This document shows, piece by piece, positions 51,000-64,000 of a DNA stretch of 64,000 nt. Source of the stretch: Raillietiella orientalis (taxonomy: Eukaryota); contig JAYWIR010000004.1 of the NCBI GenBank assembly GCA_036172245.1, forward strand, positions 5,766,001 to 5,830,000, given 5' to 3'. Below the pieces are notes generated by a model. It saw only the letters and a program-made list of their open reading frames with translations. It made no database searches and was not told the origin of the DNA. How positions within the stretch are numbered: the stretch's first letter is position 1; each line of letters starts with the position of its first letter. A program made the translations under genes and the position numbers.

Positions 51000-53900
51000 G
51001 AATCTTCTCCAGATTTCTCTGTTCTGATGCTTTCTATTGAAGTCTAGAGACTGCGAAGGCAATGCTTCCCGGACATCCTTTGCAACTTCCTGTTCAAGAA
51101 CGGATACTTAGACCATGCTATGGCTCTGTTTGGAACGAAACTGACTAGTGAATTTCTAGGCAACTTGACTATCAAACCTCTCCTGCTTGTTTTGAAGCAT
51201 GTCAAATGTCTATACACCCTTGTGGGAATATTTGGGATGGATCCAAGACACACGTGGCAACGAAGCTTAATTAATAAGCGGAACTTATGTTATGAACGGT
51301 GAAAAGATTCGGAAGTAGATGGCACTGCAAGTCTTATGAATGCGGTTTTCACTTGCAACCTATCGAAGGGATCACAGCTTCACCAAAGTGTGGCTGCTTG
51401 CTTGTGAAATGAGATGTGGCATCATCGGCATTTCCTATTCGTTGTCATCCTCTTTCTTTGTTTTCTTTTTCTTCGTCAAGAAGATTCCAGTTCACTTGAT
51501 TCTTCATTGGTTCAGCAGTTGCCATATGATGTCTGTTTTCTATAGTCAAGTGGACCAGCCCTCAAATCGGAATGGAGGCTTTTGCTGTTTCCGTCTCTTC
51601 TCTGTTGTCTCTGTGTTCTGCTCGTCCTCCTCCTCATGACTGAAAGAAAATTCCAAAGATTTAAAATCTTAGATGCCCTCGGACGTTTTGTGGGAAAATT
51701 TTCCCAGCATTAAGACATAAATCTTCCACATAATTCTTCAATCATTCTGCAAGACTGGTTTTCCTCAGCACGCAAAGCAGCATGAATTTTGGAACCTTTT
51801 AGCTTTCATCTACCAAATCAACTTCCCCAAAGCCTACCATTCACAAGATGAAAACCCGACAAACAGTACACCAAGTGGAACGTCTTCATCGGCAGGTGCT
51901 TTTTTTACGTGGCACGTCGGATGCTATTTTTCCTCGAGTTCTCTCTACACTTTTTGAAAACATCCAAAGGATCTGATCGTCGAAAGACATGAAGCAATGA
52001 TAAAAATCAATAGGCACAACAAAGAAATGCAAACTGAATCCCCAAAACGAGGTTCTTCAAATGGAAAAAAAACCAGTCTGACATGAATGAGAAGTTTGGA
52101 AGCATGAAAGGATGAGCAGAGGATACGACCAGGGACCTTTTCAAAATCTTTACAATCATTTAGAGCTTTCTGTCAGGGAATGACTGTGTTGCAGTGGTTG
52201 TCCACTTCATTCCCGACAAGAGATCAACCTCTGTGCTTATTTAGAAATCAGGAATTTGGATCCTGAAGTCTACAAGTTTTTGACTTCATCTTTTGGACGA
52301 CTAGAACGATTGGTCCCGAACTGTCAGCTGCACCTTCGAAAGATTTCAGTCTCGCATGGCACCGATTGGAAATACTGATTGATGATTCCAGACGGAGGTG
52401 ATGCTACATGCTTCCAGTTGGCTCAAAGATCCGGAACTTCGAGAGGAAACTGCTCTAAGGAAAATTCGAGATTCACGAGCAACTCGCGATGCTTGTGCTG
52501 GGTCCACTTCCAAGTTTGACGAAAGGTAAGCAAACTCTCTCGTTTGTCCTTGAACATCATTCCAGGATGAAAGCACGATTAAACTAGGAAGACTGCTTTC
52601 CATGTGGAACGGTGTTGTGGGAGCGAAGCCAGCTACGATGAACTTTGCAAGACAAGTCTGGTGTTGAAGAGAATCACATTTCTATTTTTCGGTTACAATC
52701 GCTAGTGGACAGCAAGTCCTTCACATTCCTTAAGCAGATCTCCATCCGAAATGTGGACGAACATCGCAGCACCGTGGGAAAAGGCGAATTTTTAATATTC
52801 TACATAACTTTTCGATTCCTGAACAGATGCAGCATCTTTATTGGTTCTGTGAGACGATCACTTCGCCCAAATATTTCAATTCAGATTTTTGAAATAGGTT
52901 TAATTTTTATTCCCTGTTGACCAAACTTTGTTTAAAAGCAATCTTAAGAAGTCTCTGAGGGCAATTGCCACCAATCCAATCCGAGAAGCGGGATCTTTCA
53001 GAGGTTTACGCATGAAAAAAATCACGAGAAGCGATGCGTTTATGTGAATATCAAAAAGAGAAACTCAAAAAGTTCCCCCGGAAAGTTTCCTGAAACAACC
53101 GTCTTCTAGAAGAAGCATGGGAAAAATTCTCTCAATTTCAGAAATGCTTTCCATTTTCTTTATAAATTCAAAACATGTTGCCTGCATATGCTGGCTGTAT
53201 CCTTGAATGAGTTTATTCTCTTTCCACTAAATCGGGACCCTTCCTGTCTCCTCACTCCTGATTTTCTGCTCTCCTCTAGCATGCCTCCAGCGGTTTTGGG
53301 ACTGAACTGCTCCATGGAGATTCCCACCACTTCCTCAGAAGTGTCACGAAGCTTTTGCAGACCAGAGCATTCCGGCTGGCCTTGAATTTCCATCAGCCGT
53401 CCTTCGAGCACGTACGCTCACAAAACTTCTTCAGATGACAAAACTTAACGAGAAGACCCGATATGCCTCGTTACTTCACATTCTGCTTTCGATAAAACCG
53501 ACAAGAAATTTTCAGCTTTCTTAATACAAAGATCACGCATTGCACACTCATTTTCGATCGACTGCCGAACATGCAACGTGTAATGAACGAACGAGACTCT
53601 CAGTATCGAAAGAAGAGCTGTGCTTATATGATGGTGCTGCTCTTGAGGTTCTCACGAACTGGAGTTTCACGTCAAGCAAGAAGCCAAATTGCGGTTGCCA
53701 TATCGCAGTGCAGGAAGCTGGTCAACTCGTGCTTCTTCACGCTTCGATATGGCTGCCTCTATTGGCCATCAGTCCATTTTTTTTTTTCCTTTGAGCTAGG
53801 ACCTTAGATCTCTGAGAATCACTGATGAAGCAAGCGAGGTTTTGGCACACACCGGGAGTTCGACCACTCCAAAATACTTGCTCCGGTCTTTGTCGAATTG

Positions 53901-54480
53901 GTAACCATGTTTCATGCAGTCCAACAGTGTCAACATGACTTCTTCAAGTAATCACATGAGTACTTCAATAGGCTTCAAATCGACTTCCGAGGAACCTGGA
54001 AACTCTTCTATCTGCAGCGCCTTGAGGAGGGTTTCCACGACCAGCTGCTTCTCTTTGCGAAATGAGACTGAACAGCTCAAAACATTTTATCCTCAAATTA
54101 TCGTGATTGTGAAATTATCTTGGTCATCGAGGTTTGTCTCCATTATGAAAAGAGGTGGATGCTTTGTTTTCCTCCTCTTTCCTTCTTCGGTCTCCTTGGA
54201 GGAGCAGTTTGACTCGTCGGACTCAACCGTCGAAGCATCGCTGCAGAGCAGTCGCAGATGATGAAGTGAGTTGTTGGCCTAAGCGAGGAAGATCCAGCTG
54301 TGCCTCATTCGAAAATCCTGGATTTCGGAGAGCATGGGAAATCCAGAATTCGTTCTTTGTATGTTGTCGCAGTTTTTGGACTTCACTTGTTGACGATGTG
54401 GCTTTTCGAAATGGAATCAAAACACAGGTCGCTCTCCATAAAGAGAAAAAAAAAAATAAAACCAAGAACTGAAACAAACT
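51000..54480 (-). mobile_element. Highly decayed LINE (AP endonuclease and downstream ORF2) in a gene A intron
   Basis: DTVGLHETWL (53902-53931), an APE motif. Downstream sequence gives only fragmentary ORF2-like peptides; boundaries are rough. Confidence 0.5.
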
Positions 54481-55223
54481 GAACCATTCCCTGAACCAAA
54501 AAACTACAGATTATCCAAGGACTGCAACTGAAAGGAAAGAAGCAATTCGGACCTCTTTGTCCACCTGTCAATGATGGTCACGTGATTACCAGATCATTCT
54601 CACAGTTCAGTCTCTTGTTTATCACTCAAAACACCAGTAATTTTGCAGAAGGCGGATAAAAATAAATTGCTTCCGTCAAAAATGACCTTTATGCCACGTG
54701 GAAAGGGTCTCCTACACCTTTGCCCCTCCTCCTTATGCACAAGCATTCAGTCAGTGGAACTGAATTTACCTAACAGGGTCATTTCAAAAGAAACGAACAG
54801 GGATCGCACGGACCCATGAAAGGTCCTGAACATTATTCACTGCTGTGATCACGATGGGTGGCTGCAGAACCGGTAAGAGAAAGGCTATGGCTCCTTGTTG
54901 TTGTCACTGTGGTGGTCCCTCTTATAAGCGATCTTCAACTATTGATTTTGTGCAAAAAGTATGTTGAAGAATTCTCCTATTTCTTGAGCTCTAAGAGGGA
55001 TGACTTCACAATTTTAAATGCTTTTTTTTTTTTTTTTTAGAGAAATCACGGTGTCTCAAGTGGCTTGTGCTACAAGGAGGGAAGAATGAGAACAAGCTGA
55101 TGCTCGTTTTTTAAGAAAGGTAGCAGGAGTTTGGCTTGCATCGGCGAGACATGAAGTGTAAGCAGGTCTTGAAGAGAGTCAGTCCCAAGAGCAAGTAGGT
55201 AATCTCAAGGAAAATTTCAATAC

Positions 55224-55331
55224 CTTGAATTTTTCAACGCATCTCAATCTCGTGGAGCGGAATTCTGGAGAATCCAGGAACTGGCCAGGGCTGACGTGAT
55301 GCAAGAACTGGCGATCGGAAATGACGGACAC
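55224..55331 (-). CDS. bves: Popeye-domain protein gene A, exon with DSPE cAMP-binding motif
   Basis: 108 nt, VSVISDRQFLHHVSPGQFLDSPEFRSTRLRCVEKFK. Acceptor TTCTTCAG|, donor AAG|GTATT. Confidence 0.95.
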
Positions 55332-55377
55332 CTGAAGAACTTTGAGAATAAGCTCTACATTCGCTTAACTGCCTTGC

Positions 55378-55509
55378 CTTTCCAGAAAGCAGCAGACTGA
55401 GTCTGTTAATCGTCGTCAATTCTTGTATGGCATAAGCTTCCCCAGAGTTTAAAGAAAGAAGCTGTGCGTAATCAGGACTAATAATTTTCTTGAAAAGGGC
55501 TCTCGAAAC
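55378..55509 (-). CDS. bves: Popeye-domain protein gene A, coding exon (start of Popeye domain)
   Basis: 132 nt, VSRALFKKIISPDYAQLLSLNSGEAYAIQELTTINRLSLLLSGK. Joins in frame (phase 0) after FQPLN. Acceptor TTTGAAAG|, donor AAG|GCAAG (GC donor). Confidence 0.92.
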
Positions 55510-58500
55510 CTTTCAAATATGGCTGAGATTTTGAGAACATCCAAATTTATTCTTATTCATTATGAATTATGTATGGTATCTGTATTGAAAAACTGTGTGC
55601 TGCAAGGATCATCCACTTTATTCTGGGTGCACATGTCAATGATCAAGCCTGGAGGAATCTAATCATTCCTATTAAGTAAAATTTTAGGTGGGCAACTCGA
55701 ATACATTTGTTACATTTGCTGTCTTCACATAATTTCCTAATTCTAAAGGAAGTCAGTTTTGTACCTTCTGGAAATCAGTTTGTTCGTTTCTGCTTATTTA
55801 TTTATATATTTTCCATTCTATCAAAATAATGACTCTTTCTCGTTGTTTCTTCTCAAGAGATGTTTGATCTGTAAGTTCAAAAACTGAGACTGATCGAAGA
55901 TCTCTGTCATCTTTGAATTTGGGAAGGATTCGGGTCTTGGTTTTGAAACGATGCAAAATAAATTCAAAATTGCATTCTCTAAGACTTTTCCCTTGGTGAA
56001 GTAAGCCGCATTCTTGTAAAGATCAAAAGAATCCTCCTTGTTTGGTAAGCACGAGTAGAAGTACCGAGAGACATCGATGCAATGGAAAAACAATCTTAAA
56101 ACTTTGCCCAGCAAGTCCGCCTTCAAAATCGTGGCATGTGATACCAGTGCGGGAGGCATCCATCCCACTGAGGGCGATTGCTTAAGACCAATGCCACTTA
56201 TCCAACCTGAGCTTTTCATCGAGAGTGCTGCGTTGTATCTATTATTCATCGGCTGCTTTTCTATTTTTTGCTACCTCAAAGACTGAGCATCTATTGAAGC
56301 TGCTGGAAGTGCAGCAGTAAGGAAGACAGGAGTGACTTTCGAGTAAGTGAATTTAAACTCACGAGGTCATCACAAGACGGGAACCGAAGTAACAACTAAT
56401 TGCCTGATTAAGGAGATGAAAGTGGTTAAGCGTTGCAGAAACCAAGAAACTGCACACTGAGAGTTGCACATTAAACGAAAGATAGACCATCGCCACTTTA
56501 GGCAGAAACTCCTTACCATGAAAAGATGAAGCACTATCAGCATAAATCAGGTTTCCTCATTAATGATATTTATTTCATTAATTTTCTCATACGCCCTTAA
56601 TAGCAATATTTTGTTCCTAGAAGTTTCTGATCTGATGTATTCATAAAACGGGTAATCTGGATGCGTGCGAAACAGACCACTCTACTCATAATGCTAGAAC
56701 ACATTTCTTTCCGAATTTGCTGGTATACTGGAGGATACATATTAAATAAAAACTCTTATTTAATGAGACACGCTCGACAATTTCACGTTTTAAGTTGAAT
56801 TTTACGAGCTGGTTATTCGTATTGATTCCGTTGTAATTAAAAGCCCTTTTGGGGCGCCCTGTATTTACAATGGATGGTTTTATTATTTTATATTTCCGTT
56901 TATGACCTAATAGTAAACTATTCCAGTCATGCTATAATGAACAGTTTTAGGATGGTGATGAAGGCGATGATGACAACGAGATTGTGTGAACGCAACGTTT
57001 ATGACCTAGTCGACCGTCGAACCTTTCACGGTCACGTAGTGGCAAAATGCGGCTGCACGTATCTTTCACGCGAATGGGATGCAGAATCCGTTATTTTGAA
57101 GTGTACAAGTTTTCTCGACTCTCTCTCTCAAGACCTCAGAAGTGCTTTCGTTTCTGTCGTATCACTTGATAGTAGTACAGCCTGACCTTCCGCGTGGCAA
57201 ATGGAACCTGGTACAAAAAAAATGAGGCCACTTTTAAGCCCGCGGGGTTTCCCGGAAATTCCGTCGGGTTCGCCAAACCCTTGTTATTTGCGTTTCCACC
57301 TTCCTCTTCGTTTCGGTCGGGGTTAACGTTCTTGTTTGAAGGATGAAACTTCCCTCTTGAGCCTGACTCTTAATGAGTCAGGCTCCCTTGAAGTTTTGCA
57401 AAGGTTCTGAAATTCCTCAATGAGATGCATGATCCTCTGCTGAAGAGAGCACTGCTGCTGATTCTTCTGCTAGAAAACTTGCTAAACCAAAGGGTAAATA
57501 AGGCTTGTTTGTGATCTGACTTATGAGTATGTGCGCATGGTCGGCATCTCATGTGTTCCGCTTTCGTGTGTAACCATCGCGCCATTCCAATGGTGTCTTT
57601 CCCTGCTTATCTGTTTTCAAGTTACGGATCGCTCTTTCCCCTGTTGGATAAGGGGAGACTTGCAAGCGAGTGACTTGTTGAAAATCTCAGAACGAGGCAT
57701 CCATACAGAATTTTCGCTATCCAGAGGGAAAAGCAGCTGTAGCATGTCCAAACCACAGAATTGAATAATCTTTATCAGAAGATATTCAAGAGAATTATCT
57801 TAGAGAAAGGGGAGAGAACACTTTTTTTCGCCGCCCCCCGGTTCCATTTAGAAAAGTGAAGTGCACGCGCACAGCTCGGGAGATATGCTGTTGCTGGACG
57901 TATCAGGTGTTCAGTGTCAGTTCCAAGTTTGTTGCTCAAGGGAAGACAAACAAACGAAACACTCCGGCCTTTCTGAACATCACAAGATCATGCTGAAATC
58001 ACGGATATGGGTACTGATGCGAAGAAGAAACTGCTACAGATTATCCAAGGTTTCACGAACAGGCTCATTTGTTGGCTTTCTTGCAAACTCCGGTTTGTGT
58101 ACGTTTCCCGTACGATGGCAAGTTCTCGAAAAACATCGTTGCTTGCCGAAAAGCATCGGATTGCACTACTGGTGTGGTGATTAATGAAAAAATGAGCGCT
58201 CATGAGATGAAATCTGGAATGGAAAAACTGTGTCTATACACATGCATGGTGAGGGACTGCGACTGGAAGGAAAAGATGTTTTATTATCAACAGAGAGAAG
58301 CCAGCAAGACCTACAAGCCTCTTTGTTCTTCACAGATGCTTGCCATTAAAGGAAAAGGAAATCCTCAAAGAGCATCTCATGTGTTGTCTTTTAAGTTAAA
58401 AGCATGGTACTATACGTTCGGATATCATTCCTGATTTAAGGACACATTTGTTGTGCGGATAATGCAGCGACAAAATCCGTTTGCTAGGCGTATTCTTGGG

Positions 58501-61500
58501 ATCAGGTTCGAAACGTTCTCATTGCACTTTTCGTCCTGGTGGGAGCTCCATTCTCAGACCCCAAAGAGCACAAAAGCGCTTTCTCCTTTTGACCGATCCC
58601 AATTTCGCACCCCTGACAACTCCGCAAGAAAAGATGCTTTCAGAGAAGAACGATCTTTTGACAAGTGATCTTCTAGACTTCAGCATTGTTCCTGATTATC
58701 AGTAACTGTAATGAGTATGAGTGACGAGAAATGACTGAAAAACACTCATTACCACGAGTCTCATGTATTTCTGGACTTACCCTAAGTTTAGTCGGGATAC
58801 AGGAAAGTTTCGGGGTAGCTCGAAGATTAATTTTTCTGTGATATGCGCGAAAAAATGCATAAACGGCAGACTTTCTAATGCACATAAAGTAGAACGCAGT
58901 TTGGATGCTAAATGATGGTGCTCTGTACTGATGGAATTAGCTCCAAAAGCAAGTCAAATGGCTACAGGCACATCAGAGAGGAAATTGAATTAGTCGCTGA
59001 CTCAGTAATGAAGCAGAAAGAGAAAATTGAATGCGCCTCCGGCAAAAAAGAATTTCGGAAAATAATGATGGTCTGCTATCTTCTTTTCTAGACTGTTCTA
59101 GACTGCCTTGAAATTCGCGTACAACTCTGCCGTATGCCCCACCCAAATCAATACGGCTCGGATCGGTTTTTCTGTTTGAAGCTCAGTAGCCTTCAATGTT
59201 CTCCTCTAAAGCACTTGTTGCCATAGCGCAGGATGCCACTCCTTTGCATCAGCTCTTCCGTCCACATCTCCAAAATCTCTGCGTTCTATTGTTATTCGAT
59301 GTTATAGAAAGTACCGAAAAATTGACTGGCATAAATTTTGATGAACGCTCTTGAATGGTTTTTTATGAAAGAATGATCACCGCAGCATGTGAAGACAACT
59401 GCGGTTTTTTATGAAAGAATGTGTCAATTCGTTCCAAAGTTTCGAGTGTCACTCTTCAGGCAGAAGTTCTCATGCATGGCACACCACAAAGAGTATTTCA
59501 GTTTGTTCAATCCAACTCATGGCGGGGAGTATTGTTCTGTGGATTTGATAGATATAATTATAAAGATAGGATTTGATAGATACACCCATCATGGTCAGTG
59601 TGCTGCTACGATACGTACGCTCCAGTGTTGCTTGCCATCTAAAACAAGGACAGTTCACTGAGCAATGAGAACGATTGGAGCTGACGTGTTGATGTTACAA
59701 TATGGACTGACTTCAGCGTCCGGCGGGGTTTCTCTTCCGGTGCTTTCGTCCGTATCTTAGGTGGCGGGTTCTCTCCCACGCGTCCACTCCACAATGAAAG
59801 AGCCGGGACAAAGGGCAGCACGGCGTTGAGAGCTTCGCTGTCCGACGATACAGTCAGTCCTGATCTCGTTGGATGCGACGCCGGCCAAACGAGGAGCGGA
59901 CCCTGTTTCCGGAAGATGCAAAAGTGGAAAACACGGGAGACCCCTTCGTTCCCCTTAACTTTACTGAGATTGGGACGCTCTGCATGAGCAATGACATGTT
60001 CTGCGGACCAGAAGAATTGCACAGCAGCTCCAGAAGACGGGTCTTACGGCGCGCGAACCAGAAACTGCGAACCGGCCTGCTTTGGCTGCAGTACGGATGG
60101 AGAGTTCATCCCAACAAACTACACACGAACACTGACCAAAGAGTTGTCAAATGAAAGGAAGTGCTCACGCTCGATAAAATTGGAATTCACTGCCCAGTAT
60201 TTTAACGAAATCTTCTTCGGAGGTGATCTAGTCGCAAGTTAGTGCTTGCAACCCCGTAAGGGAATAGCGAGAATAGTGTGAATTTTCGACTCAAATGATA
60301 ATGAATCTCAACTGTTGTGTGAGGTTTTAATACTTCTGTTATTAGCGATTTCGTCCAGCGCTTATGCATATTTTATTTCATTAACAGCCCGATAGGACAA
60401 AGTGCTGAAAATAGATTTGATTATAAAGGGAAGAATCAAAATAAAAAAAAAAAAAGAATACTGTATTCTCGGTTTGCGAAGAAAATGCTCGAAGCTATAT
60501 GTTCCGTTATGCATAAAGCATAGGATTTCTTCTGAGGTCTGATTTAACAAAAGCAAGACCGCAGAGGAAATCTGCAAGTAAGCGAATATACCTGGAGGAT
60601 TTTTTTTTTTTTTTTCTTTTCAAAGCTCAAGAATGAGTTGATCTTATCGTAATAAGGTACATACTGCACGCTACAGTTTAAAAGATAATGTCACGAGCAT
60701 GTACACTATATTTGAGACCTCAGCTTACGAGTACGTACTTCGTAAAACAATCCATAAATAGAAAGCTCAGAAGACTGAAACACACAAGGCACCACTTTAA
60801 ATCAATAAGCATGGCATATTATTTGTGTCACCTTTTGAAACTTGATGTTCCAAAAGGCGATGCATTTCCTTTCCTTGCTGTACATATTGCCGATTATGCT
60901 TGTGTTGACTCTTGAAGAATGGAAGTTATGTGTAAGTTAGTGGAACAGCCTTCTATTCGCTGCAATCCTTTCTTTGAACTGTGAGGGTATTCGGAGAGAA
61001 GTTCTCCGAATTCCATGTGCACTGCCATGATTTACAAGCTAAAAATGTTGGCAATGAAGCAAGAGCCCGTGTGCAGACATTTAGTAAGTGAAGTAGAGGA
61101 GCCAGGAAGGGATTCATACATCACAGCAAATCATGGGCTCTCTGCTCTCCTTTCAATTTCTTGTGGATTTTTTTTCTTAGTTTTAAGTCATTGAAGAATC
61201 GCGAGAAAATGAGCCACACGACAGCCATTGCACTCTATCATTCGGCTAAGAGGAGCTTTTATTTCTTTTTCTTTCGCAGAAGACTTCATAGGTTTTGAAT
61301 TCTAGAAGCCTCCATAGAAACTCACACGGCAATGTACACGAAAATTTGAAAACTTCCCTCTTCCTCTTAGTTTCAAAGTTAGGATACGAAAGTTTACATC
61401 ATTGTGGTAAGATTATTCCAACAAAGTCTATAAAGCATCTCTCATTCAAATATTTTTACAAAACAAAAGAAATAGCAAGCGTATAAAGTCAAGGGAGAAC

Positions 61501-63255
61501 CCAAATCAAGAAGCAAAAGCGGCATTCAGTGTAAAAAAAGGTCTAAAGATGCAAGAAGATATGATCAAGATTGCAACATTGACGAAGTAACCCCCCAAAA
61601 AATAACAAGCAGGACTTGAGATGTAAATACGGATAGTACTCAGGAACCAATCCTGGATGTCCTTAGAAACAGAAATAGGGGTCAAACCCATGGACGAAGG
61701 GTTTGATGGGGTGCTAAATTCTCAAACCACTCGGCATTTTCTTTAAGTGCAGCAGGTTTGGTATGTGAAAACTGGAAACACGAGCAGAACAAGGATGTGA
61801 ACGGGAATTACATCAACAGTGGGCACAAATGAAAAGACCAATAATTCCGGGTGTAAGCAAAAGCAGTTTGCATTGGCCTTTTAAGTTGCATCGCTGAAAA
61901 GAAGAGGAAACTTCTTCGCCTCATATTTTTTGAATCCAGAAGGATGTCAAGAGACGTGTAACTGATGGAGCTTATATTTTTGACGGCATTTTGCACATTT
62001 TTCTATTAGCTACACAACGACTATGGGTTCCACCCAAGCTCCTCCAAATTGGAACACCAAGATACCGCTACCCAAATACACGAAAAAGTGTAGATGCTTT
62101 TCTTTGAAGCAAGTGCTCACGGAAAATGGAAAACAAAAAGCATTTCCAAGAGCAGCTCCTTTTGGCGAAGCAAAATGCTCTTGTGAAGTTTTCCTGGTCT
62201 GTAAGCAAATGGTGGCTGGTGACTGATGATATAAAGCGCAGACTTGGTTTTATGGTGTTGTATAACAAATCCATATTATGCCAGCTTATTTTCTCTTTCC
62301 TTTGTAAGTGCTCTGAAGCCAAATTCCATCCGGGAGAGCACATCGTGAGAGAAACTTCACTAGGAAAATGAGCTTTACAGAATCATCACTCGTCTCACGA
62401 AGACGTGATGAAATTCTTTTTGGTAACTCTGGCATCTAGAAATTAGTTTTTCAACGTAACTGGGTTTCTTCGGCTGTCTTCTGAAAGCCAAACTGACTGC
62501 ATTGTATTCATTTTCGAATGAATGAAATGGCACATAGTGTTAAAGGTAAACTGAAAAAAACACGCCATTCCAGCGAGTTCCAGAATCTTCGAGTCTTGAA
62601 CTTCCATAGTCTCGAAAGATCTGTAATATTTTTCGAGTCGCTAAATCAAACGATGAATATCCATTCTCTCATAAAGAGAGGAGATTAAGCTTCTTCCACT
62701 CTCTTTTACTAGCACAAGTTAAGCAAGAGAAAAGTTCTGCTTTTTCTTGATTCCAACATTAATTTTTAAAGCGTTTGGGTTTTTTTATTTTTTTTACTTC
62801 AAGAAAAAGCAAAATGAAATCACGATGCAGCTGCAAGGGCTTGAATCGTCTTAAAACGAGAATTTTTCCGGATGGTTTCTAGTAAGTCCTACACTGGGAA
62901 TCGAGAATGACTAGATGGAGTAGAAAGAATGTATCCATAGGACAAAAATGGGTTGCCTTCGAGAGAACTCACGTCGGAACAACCGATTTCTCTTAGTAAT
63001 TCAAATATCCAATTACATGGTTGAGAAATGGAATGGAACTAGCTTTCCCAAGATACATGTGGGATGTTCCATTATACTTAGCAGAAGTCGTTCCTCATCC
63101 AGGAAAAGTTGTTTCTTAGTTGGGCGATTTGTGAATTTTTTTTTTTTTTTCTCGGAGAAAGTGCAAGCGTATTTACAGAACCTCTTTAGTTCAAAGACGC
63201 AAAATGTTTGTGAGCCATACAAATGCATGCATTTCAGAATCAAATCAGCACTTAC

Positions 63256-63437
63256 ATTCAAAGGTTGAAATAAAGAGGAGTAAATGACTTCCAGTTCACT
63301 TTCGAATTTCGCTGGACGCAGATGGTAGATAATGTATAATAGCTGCGCCATATTTAAGATCATAAACGTAAAGTTCCAGCTGAAAATGTCTGGGGCACAC
63401 AGCACATTCCAAGCCCAAGTTGAGTACAGTAAGAACC
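63256..63437 (-). CDS. bves: Popeye-domain protein gene A, internal coding exon (TM2-TM3 region)
   Basis: Acceptor TTTTTTTAG|GG, donor AAT|GTAAGT. 182 nt (2 nt + 60 codons) encoding (G)FLLYSTWAWNVLCAPDIFSWNFTFMILNMAQLLYIIYHLRPAKFESELEVIYSSLFQPLN, typical Popdc W..CAPD.F.WN transmembrane sequence. The upstream TM1 exon was not found in the window. Gene symbol is family-level. Confidence 0.93.
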
Positions 63438-64000
63438 CTAAAAAAATTTCGTGGGATCTAGCAGTTCTTGTTTTGATCCATACATCTTCAAACACTGAAG
63501 CAAGAAAGGCAAAAATTATGTATCGAATTGCATTTACGGTCCTATTTATTCTGTAGCTTACTGACGAAATCACTGAATAACGGTCAGATTTATCAAGTGG
63601 CATTGAACCAAGTGATCTAGGAATTTTTTTCGAGATTCACGGCCACCTTATTTCGGGCATCGCACGTGAAGTACCACAAATTACTGTTTCTTTGCCTTAT
63701 GAAACCTGTAAGATGATTGCTTCAACGGAAACATGAAGTCTTGGAATGAAAATCGCGAAAGAATACAAAACCTCGCTAGAGTACCACAGCTTCAGACAGT
63801 GATTATAAGGAGCAGCAATGTTTTTCGCTGTTTCATGTGGGTTCGAGAAGGGAGAAGAGAGAAGATGGGTGATAAAGGACCAGAGGACAAATGGGAATCC
63901 TTCAAAAATGCTTAAGCAATCGCTTTTTTTTTTCCTTTTAGGGATGTTCGAGGTTTGATTGAGCTTCCTGATTCTTCAGCCATGTCATCTTGTGCTTTCG

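Noticed and set aside
180..63600. Hammerhead or HDV-like ribozymes (CTGATGA/CTGACGA hits near 188, 5277, 7703, 53822, 62223; GC-rich element ends near 57240 and 59720)
   Set aside because: No properly spaced GAAA with stems I-III, and no verifiable nested pseudoknot by eye; an Infernal/RNAmotif scan would be needed.
63013..63603. 196-aa ORF as a single-exon gene
   Set aside because: Only 63256-63437 is Popdc-like and it is bounded by splice sites; the rest is intronic read-through.
1..64000. Prokaryotic systems (CRISPR array, operons, defence islands), rRNA or tRNA genes
   Set aside because: The DNA is intron-containing and eukaryotic; no regularly spaced repeat-spacer array, cloverleaf or rRNA-like sequence was seen.

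Overview
Eukaryotic (probably invertebrate, arthropod-like) genomic DNA with spliceosomal introns and many decayed retroelements; I see no prokaryotic operon, rRNA, tRNA or CRISPR array. Two Popeye-domain (Bves/Popdc) paralogs lie in tandem on the minus strand. Gene A has six coding exons that I could reconstruct in frame (63437 to 46225, including a 46-nt GC-AG intron); its first coding exon appears to lie beyond the window. Gene B shows one large coding exon (16590-15974). The roughly 29 kb between them and the large introns hold mostly decayed non-LTR retroelement pieces. The most striking element is a decayed but full-length endogenous CRESS-DNA virus Rep (about 37440-36480, nanovirus/alphasatellite-like) with all HUH and SF3 motifs, a candidate origin stem-loop beside it, and neighbouring decayed ORFs that may also be viral. 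Other items: a Helentron-like relic (Pif1, endonuclease and possible OTU motifs), a TSD-flanked LINE ending in a conserved 3' stem-loop without poly(A), a 150-bp foldback, and several unrelated perfect hairpins. TE boundaries are approximate and all homology calls are by-eye motif recognition, not database searches.
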